Shown: positions 1-10,719 of the stretch, one piece after another
Position numbering within the stretch: the stretch's first letter is position 1
Layout of the letters: each line of letters opens with the position of its first letter
Assembly: GCF_001194135.2 (NCBI RefSeq)
Contig: NC_068988.1
Coordinates: 52,193,512 to 52,256,779, forward strand
Direction of reading: 5' to 3'
Length of the DNA: 63,268 bases
Origin: Octopus bimaculoides
Lineage: Eukaryota
The notes under the pieces: generated by a model
Told to the model about the DNA's origin: nothing
Database searches by the model: none
Seen by the model: only the letters and a program-made list of their open reading frames with translations
Program-made: the position numbers and the translations under genes

Positions 1-250
1 TCCGATCTTAGACCCTGCTATGTCAAGATGGACTTATATATTCTTCCTCACATTTGGATTTTATGTATGCTCTCTCCCACTTGGTTTTAATATGTTGCCA
101 CATTTGTAATATGTCTATTTCCGGATTTTTCGTGCAGCTGAAGATTGCTCTTCATATTGCATTTAAGGTAATGCTCATATTACTTAAATAAATTGAAGTA
201 GCATGAAACGTGAATACTGCAATCACTTTTGAAATCCGTGTTGCTTATTG
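1..250 (+). mobile_element. Probable Penelope-like retroelement terminal remnant carrying a degenerate hammerhead-like motif (truncated by window start)
   Basis: CTGAAGA(138-144)...stem...GAAAC(205-209) flanked by complementary TGCAG/CTGCA, immediately followed by a (TA)n tract; this arrangement is typical of PLE termini. No PLE ORF is visible. Confidence 0.4.
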
Positions 251-252
251 TT

Positions 253-254
<2 letters not shown>

Positions 255-304
<50 letters not shown>

Positions 305-313
305 GTATGTATA
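255..313. repeat. (TA)n(TATG)n microsatellite
   Basis: Directly visible simple repeat. Confidence 0.95.
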
Positions 314-577
314 GTGCATGTGACAGTTAGCACAATACATACATGACAAATTGAGATAATTGAATCTATTGAGTAAACTCATTGCTAAATGAGCCTCAGT
401 GTGGTGACTCAACCTACTAGAAACACCTGTCAGATTTCTCTCAATTTATTCCCTACTATGTTAGGAAAGAAAGCCACATGAAGAAATATGGTTGTGGGTT
501 CACTGTGCCTCGGATAGAGACAGGATGATCACTGTTGGAATGCCTTTGATCACATGTCTGCTTAATCAGGACTGTGT

Positions 578-956
578 GTGTTGGCACTCCGTCGCTTATG
601 GCGTCAAGGGTTCCAGTTGATCCGATCAACAGTACAGCCTGCTCGTGAAATTAACGTGCAAGTGGCTGAGCACTCCACAGACACGTGTACTCTTAACGTA
701 GTTCTCGGGGATATTCAGCGTGACACAGTGTGACAAGGCTGGCCCTTTGAATTACAGGCACAACAAAAACAGGAAGTAAAAGTGAGAGAAAGTTGTGGTG
801 AAAGAGTACAGCAGGATTCGCCACCATCCCCTGCCGGAGCCTCGTGGAGCTTTAGGTGTTTTCGCTCAATATACACTCACAACGGTCTGGGAATCAAAAC
901 CGCGATCCTATGACCGCGAGTCCGCTGCCCTAACCACTGGGCCACTGCGCCTCCAC
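578..956 (-). mobile_element. tRNA-derived SINE (family D), near full length, with 12-bp target-site duplication
   Basis: Minus-strand head GTGGAGGCGCAGTGGCCCAGTGGTTAGGGCAGCGG...GGTTTTGATTCCCAG has A/B-box-like motifs; TTAATCAGGACT at 562-573 and 957-968; near-identical copy at 27930-28297. Confidence 0.85.
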
Positions 957-2590
957 TTAATCAGGACTAGCATGAGGCTAATCAACAACTTTTACTACAA
1001 CTTGTTAGTAGAGAATTCATTTTAGTATTAAATTTTACTTTTTCTAATTCTTTGTATTTGATTCTGGAAATTCCTAGGAAAGAACATTATTGGCCGACAT
1101 GAACATTCCTGTGAAGTCTGCATTCCAGTTAAGGTAAAACAGTTTTCATTTAAAATATTATATCTCATTTCACTTGTCTTAATGGTTTCATTTGTCTTTC
1201 TTTTTTTTTTTGTGTCTCTCCTGTCTTGTTTCTTCATTGGAAATGTTTTCATTCACTGTAAGAATACTCTGAGAGTGGGATGTAGAAATACAAACATTCC
1301 GTTATTTATCCATGTAACTAAGAGAATCAAAATCAGCTTTTTAAAAGATGTTTATGAAATTTAGATCATCAGAAGGTCAAAAGCATCTACAATGAGGCAT
1401 AATTCTTGTGAATTTGAAGTGTTGACTACCAACCATGTAGTCATGAGTTCAAATTTACATACAGATGTTGTGTTGGCCCTATATATTAGAACAATAAGTT
1501 AATTATTTATAAGCACTTATCTAAAACTAAAGCTTTATGTGTAAAAGACATATTAACAGGATTATCAAAATAATATTAAAGTTTCAACCTTCTTGACTCA
1601 AAAGGTTTACCATCACTGCCTTACACATTTTGTGCTCCACTCCCATTCACCACTACACTTCATCTAGTCACTACTCTGTTTATCTTCTACTAACAGGCAC
1701 CACCATTACTTAACATCATTCAGTTACTACACTCTATGTATTCACTACCACATTTACAAGATTCAGTCACTACATTGTGTCTGTACTACCTGTCTTCCCA
1801 CAGATTATTCAATCACTATATTGCACTGTCTGTGTTCCACTACTATAGACCATCATACTTGTCTCATACATCAATGATGTGTGATGGTGTATAGCAGTGG
1901 ATATATGCACAGTGTAATAGAGTGACTGTGAAGGCAATGGCATAGTGGTTAGTATAGTCAGCTCATCATTTAACATCCACCTTCCATACTGGCATGGGTT
2001 AGATGGTTTGACAGGAGCTGGCCAGGCAGAAGATTGCACCAGACTTCTGTGTCTGTTTTGGCATGGTTTTTACAACTGAATGCTCTTCTTAACACCAACC
2101 ACCCTACAGACTGAATGCTTTTTACATTGCACTTGCACAGGCAAGGTCGATTTTGGCTTGGTTTTTACAGCAGGATGCCAGCCACTTTACAGTGTGGACG
2201 GGATGCTTTTTACATGAAATGATCATAAAATTGTGAGTTCGATTCTGGTGGTATGTTGTCATTGCACTATGTTCCATTTCAATGCACTACAAAACTCACC
2301 ACACTTACAACATTCAGTTGCTACACTGACCTGGTTCTCTGTTGGTGATGATAAGTGTTCCAGCTGATATGGTCAACTCCACAGACATGCATACCATTAA
2401 CATGGTTCTCAGGGAGATTCAGCATGATGCACCAAATGTGACAAGGCTGGCTCACTGAACTACAAGTACAGCTCATTTTTACTAACTGAATAGACTGGAA
2501 TAACATGAAACAAAATGTCTTGTTCAAGGACACAAATCTCCACTGGGAATCAAACTCACAACCTTATTATTGTGAGCCAAATACATTATA

Positions 2591-2757
2591 GGCGTAGGAG
2601 TGGCTGTGTGGTAAGTAGCTTGTTTACCAACTACATGGTTCCGGGTTCAGTCCCACTGCGTGGCACCTTGGGCAAGTGTCTTCTACTATAGCCTCGGGCC
2701 GACCGAAACCTTTTGAGTGGATTTGGTAGACGGAAACTGAAAGAAGCCTGTCGTATA
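2591..2757 (+). mobile_element. tRNA-derived SINE (family B); about 15 further copies, e.g. 5505-5680, 7930-8090, 10165-10330, 13575-13720, 15305-15470, 39360-39530, 61082-61240 (+) and 25300-25410, 35650-35810, 46130-46265 (-)
   Basis: GGCGTAGGAGTGGCTGTGTGGTAAG...GGTTCAGTCCCACTGCGTGGCACCTTGGGCAAGTGTCTTCTACTATAGCCTCGGGCCGACC recurs throughout the window, followed by (TA)/(TG) tails; boundaries of other copies are approximate. Confidence 0.85.
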
Positions 2758-2964
2758 TGTGTGTGTATATATATATATGTCATTTAGTTCCTACACCAGA
2801 CTTATTCCACTATCATTTCCTTCATTTAGTCATTTCTTTGATAACATACACAACTAGACTTCTCATACTTGAAATAAATTATCAACTCTTTGCATAAAAA
2901 AAAATATTAAATAAAATAGTGTTGTCAGGCTTCTCTATATTTCCGCTATTAATTTTTTTTCTAG

Positions 2965-3057
2965 TCACTGTCCAAGAAACACGCTTGTATAGAAGTCACA
3001 GGCCGTTCTCACTTACTCTATGATATGAGCAGCCGCAATAAGTCTCGAAGAGGAACA
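2965..3057 (+). CDS. MDC1: MDC1 exon, FHA domain (SLSKKHACIEVTGRSHLLYDMSSRNKSRRGT)
   Basis: ttttctag acceptor and GTAAGT donor; 93 bp, phase 0-0; FHA S-x-x-H and N motifs. Confidence 0.92.
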
Positions 3058-5391
3058 GTAAGTCACTTCATATATTTTTTATTGGTTAACTCAATAGATT
3101 TGTGTATTGATGAGATTTTGCTGTTTAGAATATTGGTCAACTGTTTTCCTTTGTTATCTTCGTTACCATTACCATTTTCATCATTATCCCCCACCAGCCT
3201 TCTTCTGGTGTGTATAGAGGAACTCGATATTGATGATAATTTGTGGCATGGATACAGAAGTATGTGTACCTTCTTTATGTTCCCCCTGTTTTATTATTTC
3301 AGCTTTTCCTAACCCCTGAGGTGCGATATGAACTGAAACATAAAGATACGCTGGTCTTTGCTGATGTTAGCTGTCAATACGCTATTGAGGAGGTGTGTAT
3401 TATCATTTTATTTGTATAAAATTAGATGTTGTTGTCATTGATTGCAGTTTCGGCAATACTGACTTTAAGAGTGCAATTCGTTTGATACCAAACCACCTGA
3501 TACCACTTGTGGTTTCATGATACAAAACCACTTGCTTTAAAGTGTTCATAATCTAATTAAAACACTCTATCAGGATTTATATTAAGTTTGTTACAGACAC
3601 CACTTTTTTTCTTGTAGTCAAGTAGGCATCCAGTACCCACGATCCTTTCCAGAGTTTCCTCTTCTACAGGTTCTCTCCAGAGCCAGGTTTCTAGCTTCAG
3701 AAACCTGGCTCAGATGCTTGTATTTGAGTGGACTTCACTGAAGGCACCAAAACCAGAATGTAATGTTAAACTGGGCAATGAATAAAGTCTTTTGTTCAAG
3801 TAGGTTATTATGAGATTTGAACTCAGAACAGTGAGAGTCAGAAAATATCCCACAAAGTATCCTCCAGTTATGCTGAACTGATGTATATCAGTACATTTTT
3901 ATTGACCCTCTATATCAAGGTTTTCAACCATTTTTTATCTATGGACCCCTTTGATTATTATTTTATACTGATGGACTCCCATAGCTATTCAATGTTGAAA
4001 AGCAAGTTTCATAGCCACTTCTTTCAGTATTCCTATTTTGTTTTCCACATTAACTTGTGCAGGTTGAACTGTGTAAAATGTTAGAGTAAGAAACCTAGCT
4101 GCTTCTTGCTATATATACCAATACATATATCTAAAGAAAAATTTTTTCAGGGACTTGTAAAATACTATTGCGGATCCCCAATTTACTATCTTGTTGTATG
4201 GGCCTGCCAAAATCTTATATGGACCCTGGTTGAGAATCTGATCTAGATGAAAGAAAGGCTAAGTCAAACTTGAGTGTCAAAGAATCAAAAGAGAACACTG
4301 CATGAGAGTCTAACTGATGTTATAACATTTTTCCTAATTCACTGAAACCACTATATACCTTTCCAAATTTTTCTTATTTTAGAAGTTACTCCAAATTCTT
4401 GAACATTTTTAAAATCATTTGAAACATAGCTGTGTGGTTAAAGCATTTGCTTTATAACTGGTTTCAAGTTCAAATCTGATTGTGTTGCATCTTGGGCAGT
4501 GAATGTTTGTTCATTATTTTTGCTATGTATGTCTTCTCTGTAGTGCATTTTATTTAAAATGTTTAACAGTCTCTTCTATTAATTTTTTTTTCCAGATTGC
4601 TCGTGCTTCAGATTCTGGCTCCAACACTGAGTCAATGTCAGATTTGGAAGACGAGTTGGACGAAATCACTACAAATACTCCTACAATATTGAAATCTAAT
4701 ATTTCATTGCAACTGGAAAACTCTAATAGCAGTTCCAGCAGTGACATTCTTCTTCCAACACAGGTAGTGTAATGTACTTTAGTGTTACACAATACAGTAT
4801 TATTCCAAAGGTCTCGGTCAGTAGTCATCGCCTCGGTGAGGCCCAATGTATGAAGGTCTTGCCTCACCACCTCAGCCCAGGTCTTCCTGGGCCTACCTCT
4901 TCCACGGGTTCCCTCAACTGTTAGGGTGTGGCACTTTTTCACGCAGCTATCCTCATCCATTCTCACCACATGTCCATACCAGCGCAATCGTCTCTCTTGC
5001 ACACCACAACTGATGCTTCTAATGTTCAGCTTTTCTCTCAAGATACTTACACTCTGACGGGTATTCACATTGACATTACACATCCAACGGAGCATATTGG
5101 CTTCATTCCTTGCGAGCTTACGTATGTCCTCAGCAGTTACAGCCCATGTTTNNNNNNNNNNNNNNNNNNNNNNNNNNNNNNNNNNNNNNNNNNNNNNNNN
5201 NNNNNNNNNNNNNNNNNNNNNNNNNNNNNNNNNNNNNNNNNNNNNNNNNNNNNNNNNNNNNNNNNNNNNNNNNNNNNNNNNNNNNNNNNNNNNNNNNNNN
5301 NNNNNNNNNNNNNNNNNNGTTTCCTGTTTGTTTACAGTCTTTATTGCACCTGAACATCTGCCACAAACAAAAACTAACTTCCTAGTTAACC

Positions 5392-5433
<42 letters not shown>

Positions 5434-8400
5434 CTTAAGCCTTATGATTGGATTCGGTAAACAGAAACTGACAGAAGCCCATTGTGTGTGTGTGTGTGTG
5501 TGTATATGTTTGCATGTATGTACAGAGGTGCAGGTGTGGCTGTATGGTAAGAAGTTTGCTTCCCAACCACATGGTTCTGGATTCAGTCCCACTGCGTGGC
5601 ACCTTGGGCAAGTGGCTTCTACTATAGCCTTGGGCCAACCAAATTCTTGTGAGTGGGTTTGATAGACGCACACTCTGTGTGTGTGTCTTTTAGTCTGTGT
5701 TCGTCCCCCTCCCCCCATCACTGTTTGACAACCAGTATTGGTGTGTTTATGTTCCCATAACTTAGTGGTTTGGCAAAAGAGGCTGATAGAATAAGTGCTA
5801 GGCTTAAGTCCTGGGATGGATTTGTTTGACAAAAGCACTTCAAGGCAGTGCTCTAACATGGTCACAGTCACATGACTGAAACAAGTAAAAGAATACATGT
5901 ATATGTATGCTGTGTGTACCCCTGTCATAACATCGTGTGATGGTTGTAAATGAACATCATCATCATCTTACAAACAATCTTCCATTCATTTCCAGCCTTT
6001 TGTAGAAAGACCATATCTGGTCATGGAGAAATATTACCTTGCCTGGAAACAGTTGAGGGTTGGCGACAGGAAGAGCATCCAGCCTTAGAAAATCTGCCTC
6101 AATTTTGTACAAGATATTCAGTTCTACACCTTCATATGTATAGAAAAGTATTATCTATACACCTATATGGACAATCTGATTTTTTTTTTTTTTATCATAT
6201 TAGAGATTTTATCTTTGTACTTTTGACCACTAAAGCATGGTGTCAATCATCACTCTGTTGCTTTCTGTCTCTTTCTGGTTTACCTCTTCTACTTCTTCTG
6301 AATTGGCCAGTAGAGGTAGTGTTGGAGGTGCAGTGTTAACAACATATGTTAGTAATGAGATGTGAACATGCAACTCTTCCTCATTTTGTCACCCATTCCG
6401 TTGTTTCTCCCGGTATCCAAACTAACTGTTTTGTCCAGTCCTTTCTCTTTTCTGGACTTTATTGCCATGGAATCGCCTTCTGTGCTCCCATTTTTGACAT
6501 AAACATCGACTTGCAGCTGTTCCAATTACATAGAAATCTCACTGGTCTTGAAGGGTCTGCAAAGGTTATAGACACATTTCCTTCCTTCTGATCAAAACCG
6601 TAAAAAGAAACTGAGAAAAAAATCATTTGGCAACAAATCCATTTAGCCATTACCACTCCTGTATACTCATGTTCTCATTAGTTTAATACGTCATTTGATA
6701 ATAGTGAAACATGCCACTTACAATTTCTGGAATGTATGGACATCTGTGGTATTAACTGTAAGGAATGGGTTGACTGTATGTTGTTGTTTAGAGTCAGTTC
6801 AGCCTTGATCAAGCAGACCAATAAACCAAGACGGTCCAACTGTGATCAAACATACTATATCCAATGTGTCTGGCTCTTTTTTTTAAATGGCTGGGTGTGA
6901 GTGAAGGCACATTGTCCAGTGGTTAGCCTGTTGCAGATCAGTAACTCTGTGACTGACTGGTGTCCTGTTCAGAGTGAATGTTGTGATCTTGGTCACATAT
7001 ATACAATGGCCAGAGTAATCAGTCTTATAGATCCTAGGACTTGAGACAATAATGTCCAGGGGTTGGTGATGGTAATATGACAGATGTGGCTGTTGTTTCT
7101 AGCAGCTTGAGTGTCCAGATAGAGACCTCTTTGTTGAATTACTGTGGTTTGTTGTTTTTAACTGCAGGTCAATGATGTTTGAAGAAACTTATGATCCATT
7201 CCTACCATGATCATCTCACATTTTTAGATTCTACATTACCCTTCCATTTTTAAGACAATACGGTATGATTTCAGTGAGATTTGGCAACTATTTCTAGAAG
7301 GTTTAACAGACACATTGAAGTTTCCTCTTGTTGGGCCTTGTATCACTAATCGTATTCCTTTCAGTAAACCAAATCTTAGAAGGTTAAAGACACTGTTGCA
7401 GAATATGCTTTGACAACCCACAATTTTAATGCTTTGTCTTTTGTATTCCTAGTAGTATTCAACCATCAGCATCCACAGTGATATACCTTCAGTGTGTTTC
7501 ATATTCTTCTTTTGTTTTCATTGCTGCAGGATTTCCCAGTTCATGAGTTAACCAAGCATTCAAGCCAGGGCTTAGCAAATATATCTCCAGTGAAAGGTAA
7601 GGACTATATATTCTTTGATTTCTGATTCCTGGAAGGTGAGATTGAGAAAATGAAATGTCTTACCTTAATGTCAATGCAGAAAATATTTTTTCTGGCATAA
7701 CCCCTACATACAACAAAGTACTGGCTATCTACATAAGCTGTGCTGATCAGGCAAAATGCTATGCTGTATCAAGTTACTGTTCTTTACATTCTGAGATCAA
7801 ATTTGCCTTTCATACCTTAAGGGTCAATCAGATAAAATGCTACTCATTTACTGGGATCAATGTAATTGAGTATCTTCCAATCATCAAAATTCCTGACTTT
7901 GTGCCTAAATTAGAAATAATTCAAGTTAGGTACGTGTATGGTTGTGTCGTAAGAAGTTTGCTTCCCAACCACATGGTTTTGGGTTCAGTCCCACTGTGTA
8001 TCAACTTGGACACGTGTCTTCTACTATAGCAGTGAGTTGACCAAAACCTCATGAGTGGATTTGGTTGACAGAAATTGTGTGGAAGCCTATCATACATATG
8101 TGTGTGTGTGTGTTACTGTCTCCTTGCCTTGACATCATGTGATAGTTGTGCATGAGTATCACCATCATTCAAGCTGTGTCCTTCATTTCCAATATTCAAC
8201 ACATTTTGGCACAAGGCCAGCAGTTTTGGGGGATGGGATAAGTCGATTATATTGACCCCAGTGCTCAACTGGTATTTATTTTATCAACCCTGAAAGGATG
8301 AAAAACAAAGTTGACCTCAGCAGGATTTGAACTCAGAATGTGAAGATGGAAGAAATAATACTAAGCATTTTGCCCAGCATGCTATCGATTCTGCTAGCTA

Positions 8401-10684
8401 TCATATTTTGCTTGCTAGTAATATTAAGAAGGACAATGAATCATTCCATGCTCTCTTGGACTTTTTTATTACATTTCCTTACAATTCTGGTTCATGTTGC
8501 ATTTCTTGTTATTTCAGCTGAAGTACTTGCTGTAGATTCCAGTCCAGAGAACCAAGGGGAATCATCTTATCTCAAAGATAGAATATTTTTCCAGAATAAT
8601 GGTATATTCAATGTATTTTCTTTAAGTGTGTCCTCATTGTCATAGCCATAATCATTCATTATCATCATTTTCCAACCACCTTCCTATTCCAGCATCTCAG
8701 CATTTCACCATCATTGTGTTTCTTTGTCATCTAGCTGTCACAGGAACAAAGAAAACCCACCAGTTTCTGTTAATGTGCATGTCTGTACTACCAGTCATCA
8801 CTTCCTCTCCTCTGATTGATAGTCATCATTGTCCCTTATTCATGTTGATCATCAACCACTCTCCACTTTTCTTCACCATTTACTACGTTCATTTCTACCT
8901 CTATTTCTAACCATCTCTCTCACTCTGCCACCACATTTTTACAACTTTTACCCTCCTGCCTTTCCTGATCATCTATCCACACACTCTCTTCTATTCAACT
9001 TCTGAAGATACAGTGTCACCACCATCTTTCCAGCTCCATTCCATTTACTCCTACCCAAGCTCATAAAATGGCTTAGCCTCATATTTCCTCTTTAACAACA
9101 AATCTATTCATGTTGCTCCTGTCACACTCCAATCTCTCAGCACCTCGCATAAAGCCTCCTCTACTATATTCCTTTTTGGTCAAGTAGGCTCTACGGTGAC
9201 ATCACTAATGCTGATGCCATGAAAAAACACTCGGTACACACTGTAAAGTGGTTGGTGTTAGAAAAGGTATCCAGGTGTAGAAACCATGTCAAAACTGAGT
9301 TACTAGCATGAGACATGCTTCTCCAACATGTTAAATTCTTTCAAACCATCCCAACCCATGCCAGCATCGTTAATGATGATGGTCTTACAGCTGAATACCA
9401 TTTTTGTTGCCAATGATTTTGAAACATGAATTGCCTCATTAATGACAATAAAAAATATATATCATCATCATCATCATTATCGTCGTTTAACGTCCGCTTT
9501 CCATGCTAGCATGGGTTGGACGATTTGACTGAGGACTCGTGAACCGGATGGCTACACCAGGCACCAATCTGATTTGGCAGAGTTTCTACAGCTGGATGCC
9601 CTTCCTAACGCCAACCACTCCGAGAGTGTAGTGGGTGCTTTTACGTGCCAGCGGCACGAAGGCCAGTCAGGCGGTACTGGCAACGGCCAAGCTCAAAATG
9701 GTGTATTTTACGTGCCACCTGCACAGGAGCCAGTATATTTGTGAAAATTGTAACAAATGTGGAGAACATACAGGAAATAGCATTAATAGGCTCCACACTT
9801 TCATTTATGTAGAGTATTCTCAATACAATATGAAATATTAACCAAAAAAAAAAATTTGCCTCTTATCAAAGGTGTTTGGTTATGCACTGAAAGCATGCAG
9901 TGAAATTTTTTTTTCTTTTTTGAGCCCTAGGACTCCTTGAAAGGGATGTCAATCCATTACAGGCTTTAAGGTTTGCAATCCTGAGGCGAGGGAACAAGTT
10001 GATTATTTTGAACCCTTGTACTTGACTAATAGTTTATTTTGTTGACCCTGAAAGGATGAAAGGCAAAGTTGTCCTTAGTGGAATTTGAGCTTAGGGTGCA
10101 AAGAACTAAAACAGCTGCTAAGCATCTTGTCTGACACGCTCATAGTTCTGCCAGATGAATTATAGGCGCAGGTGTGACTGTGTGGTAAGACGCTTGCTTC
10201 CCAACCACATGGTTCTGGGTTCAGTCCCACTGCACGGCATCTTAGGCAAGTGTCTTCTACTATAGCCTCGGGCTGACCAAAATCCTTGTGAGTGGATTTG
10301 GTAGATGGAAACTGAAAGAAGCCCGTCATCACTGCTTGACAACCAGTATTGGTGTGTCTATGTTCCTGTAGCTTAGTGGTTCAGCAAAAAGACTGATAGA
10401 ATAAGTGCTGGGCTTTAAAAAGAAAATAAGTCCTTCGGTCAGTTTGTTTGACTAAAACCCTTCAAGGCTGTGCTCCAGCATGGCTGCTGTCAAATGACTG
10501 AAACGAGGTGAAGAATAGTTGTTAATGTTAATATTATTATTGGCTTTCTAAGTTTAGCATTTTAAAGGGGTTTATAGTCAGTTTGCTTAACCCCAGTACT
10601 TGATAGCTTCTTATTTTCTTGTAATGTGCACCACTAATTGATGGCAGTTAACTCTCGGAAAACTATATCTCAGATGTTGATTTT

Positions 10685-10719
<35 letters not shown>

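Noticed and set aside
1-2964. Search for the MDC1 start and first FHA exon (G-R motif)
   Set aside because: No credible exon found; the 5' end of the gene probably lies upstream of the window
7168-7210. Acceptor-like ctgcag followed by a short open stretch in an MDC1 intron (also 21631)
   Set aside because: Stop codon in the required phase and no donor; not needed for the exon chain
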